Shown here: in pieces, positions 1 to 11,282 of the stretch | Numbering within the stretch: the stretch's first letter is position 1 | Layout: each line of letters begins with the position of its first letter | Assembly (NCBI GenBank): GCA_002256025.1 | Contig: NKIB01014420.1 | Location: 1-43,680 of the forward strand | Length of the DNA: 43,680 nucleotides | Direction: 5' to 3' | DNA from: Asterionella formosa | Lineage: Eukaryota | Made by a program: the position numbers and the translations under genes | The notes under the pieces: generated by a model | The model's database searches: none | Told to the model about the DNA's origin: nothing | Seen by the model: the letters and a program-made list of their open reading frames with translations, nothing else

Positions 1-639
1 TCGGCATGTTTGATGCTGAACAATCTCTCGCTTCCCACCGAAAATAAATACACGTTAGCAACCCACGAGCGACTCTTACCCGCATTACTGCAGCTTATTC
101 AATGCAACGACAAAGAGACTCATCTATGCTGCCTAATTATGCTGAATTTGAGTTTTGACGAAACATTGGATTTCATGAGTACGCCTCAATTCCTTGACAC
201 CATGGCTACGTTGGTATCTGTATATGCTCCAATCGCCTACTCTGTCAACGACAGAAAGTCTGTCGAAAGTGAAGCACTGAAGTATACTTTGGGCGTTTTG
301 ATCAATATTGCGGTCGGGTTGACACAGGCGATCCGAATTTGCATGACGGCGATTCCCGAGCACGCCATTGATCTACTACATACAACTCCCAACGGCCTTG
401 AACGGTGGACGCCAAATTCCCTTGAAGACTGCTGTCTGCGACTACTTATTCAAATGGCTCAACATGACATGTGCCTACCCTATCTGAGCAAACTAAATGT
501 AGATCTTGTATTATATGAAGAATTAGATGGCAATGGTGGTATACACCATATGCGGGCAAGGACTTTAAAGGCAAGGTTGGATGAGTGGAGATCGATAGGT
601 GCTGGATGCCAGGAAAGCCCTCTCAATTTATTATCTTGA
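1..639 (+). CDS. 3' part of an armadillo/HEAT-like helical repeat protein (5' end outside the window)
   Basis: Frame is open from base 1 to TGA 637-639. Leu-rich helical segments with ARM-like motifs (MLNNLSL, IMLNLSF, VLINIAV, LLIQMAQ). Confidence 0.55.
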   Translation, partial: SACLMLNNLSLPTENKYTLATHERLLPALLQLIQCNDKETHLCCLIMLNLSFDETLDFMSTPQFLDTMATLVSVYAPIAYSVNDRKSVESEALKYTLGVLINIAVGLTQAIRICMTAIPEHAIDLLHTTPNGLERWTPNSLEDCCLRLLIQMAQHDMCLPYLSKLNVDLVLYEELDGNGGIHHMRARTLKARLDEWRSIGAGCQESPLNLLS

Positions 640-915
640 TCTGGTCGATGCTATCTACCAGTTGACATCTTCACAACCAGTCAAATTAAGAAATCCAAAA
701 TGCAGCTTGCAGTAAGTTTTCGTCCATACCGAAAACACTAGTATGAACGTAATGAAGGGAAAAAGCAACTGCACAGAAAACGCGTTCCAAGAAAGGATCC
801 CATGCAAAACTCTGGTGGCGATTGCCTTTCCCCGATAGCTAAATCAACGCAAGAGAGAAAGTGCTCACTGAGATGAAACCTTGGAGCATTCTTCACAATT
901 ATCAGGCCAAGCAAC

Positions 916-3139
916 TTACCTCCTCTCCAGATTTCCTACAATCTTGAACGATCTCTTTGTTTCCTTCAACGTCAGAACGTCAGCAACTTTACCCCAGAAT
1001 TTCTGGCTGCTTGATTTGGTAGGCCGTGCTTTCATGGCTATCACCCGCCTACCGCTTAATTCCGGATTAAGTTCGAGTTTGCTTCCAGCATCGAAATTAT
1101 CTGGTACCAACGTAGGAACGGGGAAAAGAAACAATAACTGTTCCCATTGTAGCCATGCACGGTAGTTCTGATGCTTCTGGAACACTGCAGCGATGCCGTA
1201 TGTAAGTAGTCCACCAAAGTAAACGTCTTGCTTCTCGAGCTGTGAACTGTCCGCGATGCCCTCCTCCTCAGCTTCCCGCCAACGCTTCTGTTCAATACGC
1301 TCACCGATTGTGAGAAGAGTGATGGTATCATGGCTTTCACTTCCGACGAGAAATGTAATTTCTGTGAAGCCGGCAGATACGAATCGCTCTTGCACTTGTT
1401 GCCGTTGGGCTTTTGTCAGTGATTGCGAGAAATGGGAAAAATATTGGTCCCACGAGTGGTTATACTCCCTTCGAATTGTCTGCTGCAGAATCATCTCAAT
1501 GATTCCGGCCTTCATCCAGCGGCCACCGTCATCCCACCAAGTTGATGCTGCGATTTCTTCATCGAGATTTAGGAGCAGCTCGAAAACGACGACGCTGCTA
1601 AGAATATTGAAGGCATCAGTAGTATTGAAAAGGATATACATGTTGTAGATGTATAACACGCATACATATCCGGTGTTCATAAACAAATCAAAGACATAGC
1701 CAAGGCTTTGCGGGAAATTATCGTTGCCATCTTCCCAAATTCGTTTGCGTATGTTTAAAATACGGGAGTAAGCTGAATCAGACCCGCAAATAATGCGTCG
1801 AAAGTTATAATCCAAGTCTCGCGTTGTTTTAAATAGGTAATACAGCAAAGTAAAAAAAAGCATCACACGAGTCCCCGCAATCAATGATACTTCTCCGCCA
1901 CCTTGTCTAGCTGCATTTATGTAGAAGATGTATAGAATAGATGGCATTGACACTTGCAGAACGAAGATTAAAAATGCATCTGTAAAGCCCGAACCCAACA
2001 CAGAAAGATAAGTATACACAGACAAGCCCACGTCTTTCAAATCCCATTGCCCACTGCTGTTGGAACGAACATCTCGCATCAAATCGAACGGCTCCATAAC
2101 GTGCTTAATCAATTCTTCTTGTCCGAACTCTCCAACGCGCAAAAAAAGATCGGCGAAATCCTTGTTCTTCGGGTTGTTCAACCAGAGATCCCATAATTCC
2201 TCAACGTACCCTTGAATGTCGAAAATCTCAAAGTCATTTTGATGACCGTCCTGAAAGCGAAGCACGTGTTCCACCCTGAGGCATGCCCATTGTTGCCAAA
2301 TCCAGGGACTGGCCCCAAATACATACAAGAGAGCGTCTTTTGGTAGGCGAACATTTTCTTCAGTCAGTTTATGGTCCACTGCTGTGGTGTAATACAAAGT
2401 TTCTTCACCCTAAAATACCCGATTAAACAAGAGCAATCGATAAGCAATAGCCACCGAAATAACACAGGTTACTATGGAGAAACAATGCTTACATGATCTT
2501 TGAGTTTGAGAGTATCTATAAGACGTTCTAGCCTCCATTCCAAATTTTCCCCTATGTTTGACACATACATGTTAGCATACACAGGGACCAGAAGAATCGA
2601 CTCTCATTTTTGCTTACCTCTTACTTCCGCCCAATCGCCTGGATAACAATAGAAAAGAAGTCAGTTGGGCACTCATGTAGTTATCACGACTTGGGATTAA
2701 ATATAGATCCTGAATGCTCACCTATGTTGTATCGCGACGGCTTTCCCTTCCGGGATGCCAAACAGTACTGGGTAATATCTTGAATCATGGGTGCATCATC
2801 TCGCGGAGCCCCAATCATGACTACCAAATTCTGTAGACGCGCCAGCAACGTAATTGCCTTTTCTACTTCGCTGTCATCACTACAGTAATTGCTTGGAAAA
2901 TCGGAATGACTCCAAATGTCACAATTATTGACATTCAACCATTCTAACAGATCGTGCAGCTCGCCTTCCGGCACGTCGCCAACATCACCTCGCGACTCTT
3001 GGTAGGACCGAATGAATGCACACAGAGCGCCGTACGTGCTACTCTCTTCTGGCACTTGAGGAACTTTAGCAGTGCATTCCGGAGTCGCATGACGCTCTAC
3101 CTGTTGAGGAACACCTCGACTCGCGGTACGAACCGGCAT
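916..3139 (-). CDS. Multi-pass membrane protein of unknown function. Exons 3139-2722, 2638-2618, 2551-2493, 2409-920/916; 3' end uncertain
   Basis: GT-AG introns 2721-2639, 2617-2552 and 2492-2410 join ORF 2684..3247 (ATG 3139) in frame to the 493-aa ORF (...NI/GDWAEVR/GENLEWRLERLIDTLKLKDH/GEETLYY...). Several hydrophobic segments. A GTAAGT donor overlaps the stop at 919-914, so a further exon near 660-840 is possible. Confidence 0.75.
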
Positions 3140-3382
3140 CGTTGACTGCTTATTTGCAGATTCCTTCGAGCAATAAGTGACAGGTTTCGAGCGTAACAGA
3201 AGGGCCGGAATGAATAGAGATTTTAGCTTCAACGAAGCTAGAATCAAAACAAAGTCGAATTCGCCTACCGGTATCTTAGTTCTCCCGTTCGAAAACGCCC
3301 ATTTTGGTTTTTATGTGCATGTATACTACCGTACAGTATTTGGAAGTTGTTTCGCATGTTTGATACCCTGCTCTTGATTTTA

Positions 3383-3622
3383 CGTACCGGTACATCTGGT
3401 ACCCCTGTTTCGTAGTAATCATTGAGATATACTCAGATACGAATAATCTACACGGTTACCGGTAGTACAGTACCTATGTTTGCAGAGTATGTAGCTGGTA
3501 CCTGGAGGTACTCCTGTACCCCGAGGAGTTACAGGGATGAATCATGGTTGTTCCCACACGACCCAGACTCACACGACAGGGGCAACTTGCAGTTGTACCT
3601 TATGGTACCAGGTACCTAGTAC
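3383..3622. repeat. GGTACC(A/T) palindromic motif cluster in a divergent promoter region
   Basis: ctggtacc, ggtacctgg and ggtaccaggtacctagtac. Confidence 0.75.
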
Positions 3623-3752
3623 TGGATTGCCTCTTGGTATGGCACCGATTCTTGGTAATCGTCCGTAAAAATGTCGTCTGTCTCAAAAGTATATAAATCC
3701 AGAGTGGAATACGGATATCCAAGTAACATTGTTCAGGGGTCGATTCCTCAGG

Positions 3753-5639
3753 ATGATTAAACCTGTTGAAGTCGGCGACAAGCGAACAACTTTACTGAAA
3801 CTCGCTGAGAAATGCTTGTCGTCCAGTAGACTTATCTTTCTCCTAGCTGATCTCCGGCTGTTAAGCTCGACAGGGCGGATCAACACAAAATATGAATCTC
3901 TCTGCCTCGATAGCGACCGGTTTCTTAGGACGACCTCTCACGGCATGGCGTGCCTCCAAACAGAAGAGCCCGAACGAGGGATTACTGCTAGCCACATCAT
4001 GGCAATCCTTCTACTCGAGATGAATGAAACAATAAATGCGCAAAGAGGCGATGTTGCTCTTGGAGAGAACGAGGGAGATTTCATGCATGAAAATGGAATT
4101 TTGATGAATCTTAGAATTAGTAGATCAGACCCTATACTTGCTCGAAAGGCGGAATCGGAATTACATACCCTTTTGAGAGGGTACAGTGCTACACTCAAGG
4201 ACGACCTATGCAACGAAATTGCCAAAGTTCACAAAGAGGAAATGACCCAAAGATCCAGTTTTGCTAGTGATGCTTCCGAGCTGGGTTTTTCGCCAATTGA
4301 AATCGAAGAGGTACCAAAAGATCAAAAGTATAGCTGGAAATCAAACAAACATTCCAAATTACAGGTAGAGAAGGAGGCTGCTACGAAAGAGTTGACTTCG
4401 CTAACAAACAAGATTTTTGACGATGCCACAGATTCGTGTGCTGAAGATATTTATGCTCGAGACGAATTAGTGAAACGTATTGAGCAAGCTGTTGCGAAAC
4501 GCGATAATGATCGCCTTGACTTTTTGAAAACCTTTTTCAAGAATGGATCAGTCACCAGAGTAATGGCCGAAAGCAAGGCAGAGTTGGTATGGTTACATGA
4601 TTGGCACACTCAGAAGGAGTGTACCTATGCAATCTCGATTGACAGGGAAGAAAATACAGTTTATTTAGTCTTTAGAGGCGCGACAACCTATTCCGATTGG
4701 GATCATTCGATCCACTGGACGACAACAAAAGTGGTCAACCCAATCGACTCAGACTATCCAAACAAATGCGAGCATATAAAATTGCATGGAGGATTTTACC
4801 GATACCTCTTTCGCGTGCGCAAAGATACCAAGAGCACAAAATATGATGAAATTGCCAGCAAGGTAGATTTTTACGGAAAGAGAATTAGTGAGAATTACCG
4901 AGTAATTGTGACGGGTCACTCACTAGGAGGTGCTTTATCGACCATTTTTTCATTCTTCGCGTCAATGGAAGAGCGATTTACAAGACTTAAACCAATCCAA
5001 GTGGTCACCTTCGGATGTCCAAAAGTTGCTGCATATCAACTTGCTGATGCAATTCGCCATCAAGAAGACGCTGGCAAGCTTCAAGTTGCCAGATTTCATA
5101 ATGTGAAAGATGCGAGTAAGTCAAAATTTTCATTCATTATCCTTTTGACTGGATCGAAGCTCAATCGTATTTTTCCTAGTTTCTCATGTTCCACCCATCC
5201 TTTGGCGATGCTCAAAGGTAAGATGGAAATATTTACAAAATTTGAAAAGACCGCATGGCTAATTCCACTGACATGACTTCTATTTGCGGACAACTAGAGA
5301 GGTGCGGCATACTATCACGTTGGACTCGACATAACATTGCCCTTGATTCGAAATCCTCTTTTTAGTGTGTGCGGGCAGCCTCGACCGCTTGTTAAATTTC
5401 GAGACCCTGAGACCTACTGGAGATCATATCGAAGGCAATTACGAGAGTTCTACTTCTTCAATCTCCCACTGCGTGTTTGGATGCTGGCGAATCATCACAC
5501 TTTGCGGGAGCATCAACGACGACTCCTTCTTGCGGATTTCGAGTCGCCACTCGTCAATTACTCCCTCGAAGAACTTTACGATGAACGCAACTTATTTACG
5601 GAAAAAGGACCAACAAAATCATCGCACAGCACGATGTAG
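3753..5639 (+). CDS. Class 3 lipase (alpha/beta hydrolase) with a long N-terminal extension; introns 5116-5179 and 5218-5297
   Basis: VFRGAT and VTGHSLGG nucleophile motifs, plus TFGCPKV. Splicing restores HNVKDAISHVPP and YYHVG and joins the 5337..5639 ORF. Start codon uncertain. Confidence 0.88.
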
Positions 5640-5827
5640 TTAGGACTGTAATTCGTTCCGAGTCGCCCTGCAAGCGACATTAGTGGTCGCTGAATTCGAG
5701 ATTAAGTATGGTGATTGCGAAATTGAAACGGACTGGAAACGGACCATGAAATACGAAATAACAATAATTGAAGGATCCATTTTTTTAGTATAATCTAATC
5801 AATACATTCGCTCATGCACCGTCGTTT

Positions 5828-7231
5828 CTACTGGAAGGAATTCGACCAGTCGACTCCGTGTTCATCGGGATGATCAAAGTTTTGGTTCTCAAGTCTTTCT
5901 ATCGCCCTTTCCTCCTCTACTTCTGTGTCCTCCTCATCGTCATCCTCCACAACGTCATTTTCTAATTCTATTTCTGTCATAATGAATCGAGCTACTGGCT
6001 GAGGTTCCAAACCCGACCCAAGAACAACTGATCCTTTCACTTGCAGGAGGGGCCTGTAGGATTTAGTCTCCATGTTTCCTTGATCAGGGGACCCTTCTCC
6101 TTTTTCTTCATCTCCTACATAACCGATCTTTCCCCAGTACATCTTTGCATCATCTTGGGTTAATGCTTGTCCCTCCGAATAGGTGCTGCCACTCACGGAC
6201 CGCCCAAAACCAAACCTCCACACTTGCAACCATAACGAATCGCGCTTGTCGCCCATGATATCCCATTTCCCCCGCAAAATGGCTGCATTGCCAAATCCAC
6301 CAGTAGTGCGAAATGTTTGATTGGCGAACAATTGAACCTCCATGACACGAATATTGACTGGGCGCTTGTCGTCGTCGTCGTCGTCGTCGTCATTTCGGCC
6401 CTTGATGGGGTCGCCTACAAATTTGTTGTACTTAATACTCCATCGTACTTCGCCTTTTGGTTTGAAGGACGGAATAGGGTGCGACGTGAGTAAGAATTTC
6501 TTGTTGGCAAAGTCAACTCGTCTAAATTTCTCCACCAATTCGCCTTCGTCCTCAATCGCTGCATTCAGCATTCCAAGCACTTGCTTCAATTGGAATTTAT
6601 CGCCCGAGAGTGGATTGTACATGGGTTGTTCAAAAAACGAAGGATGGTGACGAGGATAGAAGAACTTTCCAATCTTGACGGATCCTTTTGGGACGGAGAG
6701 ATGCGTATCCCTTGCAGGTTTCCTTGGTGTGGAGGAGCTATCTACATCGTGTGCGACTGGATTTTCTACGAGGGAAGAAAGGGACGTGGCCACGACCTTG
6801 CCGACCAAAAGAGTGTCATTGGTCTCTCCACCAGGTCGTTCGGCAGCCAACAGTAGTTTCCCGTCGACGTAGTCCCAGGTACCGTTTTGAAATCCCAGAC
6901 CCATGACAGTTTGCTCTTTCGTCTTTTCAGCAATGTCACGTTTTATAATGCGTGGACGGTTTCGTTCTTCTTCGTCACCATCACTGTACTGACGGAATGA
7001 TCCGTCCTCCTTCAGCATTATCAAATACTCTTCAGCTGCCCTAAGGACGCTAACCGCAGATGGCTTGGGGTAGACAGTAAATTCTTTCATCGGATATGGT
7101 TGCATTGGCTTAGAGAGTTTCCAAAGGCCAGCCATTGCGCGCCTATTGAGCTCCGGGAAGGTGTAGCTTTCTGCCTGATCCGACCGGAGGGCCACCAGGA
7201 GAGCAAGAAACACAATTCTTTGCATCGTCAT
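5828..7231 (-). CDS. Hypothetical protein with signal peptide, probably plastid-targeted; two internal beta-rich repeats and an acidic tail
   Basis: Single 467-codon ORF from ATG 7231. Hydrophobic core IVFLALLVAL is followed by AES/YTFP, with an aromatic +1 residue as in diatom ASAFAP-type presequences. Confidence 0.75.
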   Translation of the reverse strand: MTMQRIVFLALLVALRSDQAESYTFPELNRRAMAGLWKLSKPMQPYPMKEFTVYPKPSAVSVLRAAEEYLIMLKEDGSFRQYSDGDEEERNRPRIIKRDIAEKTKEQTVMGLGFQNGTWDYVDGKLLLAAERPGGETNDTLLVGKVVATSLSSLVENPVAHDVDSSSTPRKPARDTHLSVPKGSVKIGKFFYPRHHPSFFEQPMYNPLSGDKFQLKQVLGMLNAAIEDEGELVEKFRRVDFANKKFLLTSHPIPSFKPKGEVRWSIKYNKFVGDPIKGRNDDDDDDDDKRPVNIRVMEVQLFANQTFRTTGGFGNAAILRGKWDIMGDKRDSLWLQVWRFGFGRSVSGSTYSEGQALTQDDAKMYWGKIGYVGDEEKGEGSPDQGNMETKSYRPLLQVKGSVVLGSGLEPQPVARFIMTEIELENDVVEDDDEEDTEVEEERAIERLENQNFDHPDEHGVDWSNSFQ

Positions 7232-7808
7232 CAATAAACGAACTTCTTGTTCCAATATAAGGTGTATTCCAATGACGCTCTGTTCGTTTGCAAAGAATTC
7301 GTAATGAGAATGTGAAGTCAATCGTGAGAAATACAGTTGTTTCTCGCGAACCAGAATGCCTTATTTCTTGCTTGCCCTTTTCACAACTATGGTTCTAATG
7401 CTGACCGAAAGAAGGTCCTGTGCAACAACAGACAAATTTTCGGCTTTGGTAAAAATTGGTCCGTCAAAGCAGAATTCTGACATTCATGATTACAGGAGCA
7501 TTCACGTACAAAAGGTGATGTTCTTTTTGCTGCCTTTTGCTTCACATCTTGAAAAGAACTTTCTTATGTATTATGATCATGTACAGCATATCATGCATAC
7601 GATACGACGGATGTACAATATACACTTATTATGTAGACTACCGTACTCCCTCTGTTCATGTATAGTTGCGACTTGCGACACCAAACTTTAGGTCACTGTC
7701 TCTCATGAAGCGCAACCTCAATAATTATCCGGCTAACAGCCCTTCCTGTTAAAAAAATTGTACCAAACCGAATGGAATAAGTACAAAAATATTCTGTGCT
7801 TTTGGACT

Positions 7809-8560
7809 GATGAATGTTGAATTATTTTACTACCTCTTTGAAGTGTTCCATAATTTGGATCATCCAAAGCTCTTTGTTCTTTTCTTCACTTGTCAAATTG
7901 TTCCTTCTACAGATCTCAATGTACACGTTATGTAGCCGGTCCGAAAAGGATATGGCCATTGTGGCACTTCTCATTCTCGACTTAAGATAGGATGTGCTAG
8001 TATGCTGTGATTATAGATAGTACATTAGTAGTGACACACCAAACAAACTCAAATCTATGATTCCCTACCAAATGTGTCCAACTACTAAATTGGAAAAGGA
8101 TTGGATGCACACGAGATCAATTTTCATGTGTTGATATGGTTAGAACCGAGATGTATTGGTTAAATCAGAAATCAGCAAATATTTTTGGAGTATGTTGACT
8201 GGTGTGCAGAAAAAGTGCGAAATATTGCGAAAAATAGAGATTATGGAGAGGTTGAATTCAATGAAGTTGATGGACCTCAGCGCCTTGGACCTTGCTTCTA
8301 TTACCAATTCGTTCTGCTAAATTTATCAATGTAGCTAGACATAATGATGTGGTAGCCGGTCCGAAAAGAAGAGCCATTTTGGTACATCTCATGTTCGACA
8401 ATCTATGATGATCTGCAATGAAAGTTGAAAAATTCAACAACTACTCTGCCTTTTATGTGTTCCATAATTTGGAACATCCAAAGCTCCTTGTCCTTTTCTT
8501 TATTTACCAAATTGTTACTTCTACAGCTTTCAATGTAGATGTTATGTAGTTGGTCCGAAA
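7809..8560. repeat. Diverged local direct duplication (7809-7980 vs 8418-8560; partial third copy ~8345-8400)
   Basis: Shared strings gtgttccataatttgga.catccaaagctc.ttgt, caaattgtt.cttctacag and gtag..ggtccgaaa. Confidence 0.75.
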
Positions 8561-10000
8561 TTGGGGGATTACTGGGGGGCATGGCAGCAATATCTCGCTT
8601 ACTAATACAACACCACATTCCTGCTCTGCAGAGAACAAATAGGATTCCTTTGTCAATTTACATTGACTATACAGCGTTACTCTCAAGGATGAAGACATGG
8701 CGATACAGTGGCCCATCAGGAAAGTTACATATCAATTATGACTTACTTCACCAAGTGACAGTGTCAACAGCGGTGAAATTAAAAATAGAAATGAAACCAC
8801 ATCATGTCAAGTCACATCAGGATTGGGAGTGCAAATATGATCAATAAACTTGGGAAGCAAAACTCAACTGTGATCATGACTTTCAGCGAAAAGTTTCGAA
8901 AACAAAGGCCAAAACATTGTAAACTACCACCCAGCCATTAGGGCATATAAGTATTGCGGCCTACCACGCAGAAATGGAAGAATACATAATTCGGAAAGCA
9001 AGATTTGCGTCTAGATCTTTTTGTAAAATGGTCGATTGGGAGTCAAGATACCGGGCTAGCCTTAAGCTTTGGGGGTCACAGAAAAACACAGTCTTTAAAC
9101 TTGAGTTCGACCTGTTAGCACCGCTTCAGAGGCGGAATAAATACTATAAGAATATGGACAAAAGATGCTTTAGGTGCAAACGGTTAAACATCGACATAAA
9201 TCATGTGATTTGGTGTCCTTCAGCAAATTCATCAAGGATTAAATCATAGAAACAATTGTAGTCAATAAAGAAGTGACCGGGTTTCTGTCCTTATGTGGCT
9301 CAGAAATTTCATCAGGGCTTGCAACAATGGCTTGCAGATAAAAACATGAGTTGGGAGGCGCAAAATAGGAATGTGGTAGGATATTTAACTTTGGAAGCTT
9401 AAATGAATCAGATGGAGATAGGATGGGAACAAGTTTTTGAGGAAGAATCAGTGTCAAGTGGAACCAGGCCACCATGGTGCTTCGATGAAAAAGCCGGAAC
9501 CTCTCGCTGACCGAATTCACTGAGTCTTCCAAAGCAACAATCAATCATTTATTTGGTTGTCACGGCTAATGCTTTGAGACATGGTGTCTTACAGAATGGA
9601 AAAATTGTTAGTAGTGGAAAATATCATGGCAAGGAAAAGAAAACGAAATAATATGAACGGTTGATGTTGAACGTTGCCACAAAAGTGGAAGGAGAAAAGC
9701 TCCTGTCATTGCATCATCCATTGACATCCAGATCAATGATGGAATGAACAATGAATTGTCGTGATGACGCCCGAAAACAATATGTTCGCGGGATAATGAG
9801 TGGCTTCGGTTGCTGGGTAGCACACTCAAGGAGCAACACAATGCACAAATAGTGCATACAAACAATGTGGAATGGAAATGATAGAACTCCAAGAATCGCT
9901 CTGGAGGCAAAAGGAAAAGCGATGGAACAAAAATGCAGCCTACAAAGCGAAACTGAAATGGAAGAGGAAACAAAACGAGACGAAATGAAAAAATACATGC
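8530..10000 (+). mobile_element. Decayed non-LTR retrotransposon (LINE) 3' part with RNase H and C-terminal Cys/His knuckle, Ambal-like
   Basis: Fragments SWSEIGGLLGG, IYIDY, HVKSHQD and EAKLNCD (RNase H), then CFRCKRLNIDINHVIWCP (CCHC). Interrupted by stops and frameshifts. Ends are approximate. Confidence 0.65.
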
Positions 10001-10603
10001 TGTACAATTTGAAACTGTGAAGCAAGCAAGCAAGACAACAAATCAGGCAAGACTTACAAGCTCAGGTGTAGCGCTAACAGAAATTCACGAGGCAGTGGAA
10101 AGAAATGACAACTCAACGAGAAATGAACAATCCAAATACTGCAGCTGAAATGATCATGAAGGAAAAGTAATGCACTCTGCCCATTTGTGTTTGATTACTC
10201 TGACTTCTTGTTAACTTCTTAACCCTGCCTCTACTACATATCATATATAGGGTTGAAATGTTTCAAATAGTTGTAGATCCACGCGACCAAAGGATGCCTG
10301 CAGGGACGACATTGAAGGTGATTAGACACGATCCGTTCCAAAATATTTCTGCAAATGTCGAATTCATGTCTAGGTAGATTCACTACATACCATACTCGAT
10401 AACTGAACTTTGATAATTTGCACGATTTCATAGAAGCATAATTGCTGCCTCAATAAGGTGAACTCACATTCCTGCCTACAACAATATTTTGGGAGGCATA
10501 CCGGTAGCTGTGGAAGGAGGTCCGGGAAAATACCATTTCCACTGTGCAGGGAAAAGCCTCATCTAAATATCTCGATTCCGGGACCTTCCTGGTGCTCCCA
10601 ACT

Positions 10604-10880
10604 CGTACCTGGTACCTGGTACCCTGGTAGCCTTCGATGTCAATGTAGGTAGGTGCGAATCGAATCACGACCGACAAAAAGGAATATGTCGCTGAAATGC
10701 CTTTCCTATATGTCAGAATTTTTCTAATTCTTCTCGAACCAATCATACTCCAGTGCCGTATTAAACTTGTTACCAGCATTTTCCCCACTGTCCTTCATTC
10801 TTGCAACATTTCAGGATCCCTGTTCCTTCTTTCACGGGAGTACGAGGGTACAGGTATCTGGTACCCCAAAGTACCAGTAT
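10604..10880. repeat. GGTACC(A/T) cluster upstream of the haloperoxidase
   Basis: gtacctggtacctggtaccctggtag and ctggtacccc. Confidence 0.8.
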
Positions 10881-11282
10881 GATCAAGAAAATGCAATTGA
10901 AGAATGTCCGTTCGTGAATATAAGCCCGGTTTTACAGCGTCCATCTAAAAAAATCCTTTTCCGATATTGACCGTTTTATCTTAAACGCACACGTCGTCAC
11001 AAAAAATTCCTCTGCAGTTTCCCAACATGTGTGTCGAGGCACCGAAGCGCTTTCCCCGTTTGAGAATGTCTAAGTAAATCTTAAAGAAACAATACAGTAC
11101 CGGTAAGACATTTTGGAGCTTGCCAAAAATCCTCGCTCTGAAGAAATTTGGAGAAATCAATGTCATCGTCGTCAGCACGCAAACGAAAACATCAAAGCAG
11201 GAGTGACGAGCCAAAGAACAACCAATACCGAAGCAAAAACAAGCACTCAAAGTCCATCACAAAATCTATCACAAAATCTAAC

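Noticed and set aside
6368..6391. (GTC)8 microsatellite and the overlapping poly-Ser and poly-Thr ORFs
   Set aside because: It simply encodes a poly-Asp run in the minus-strand gene.
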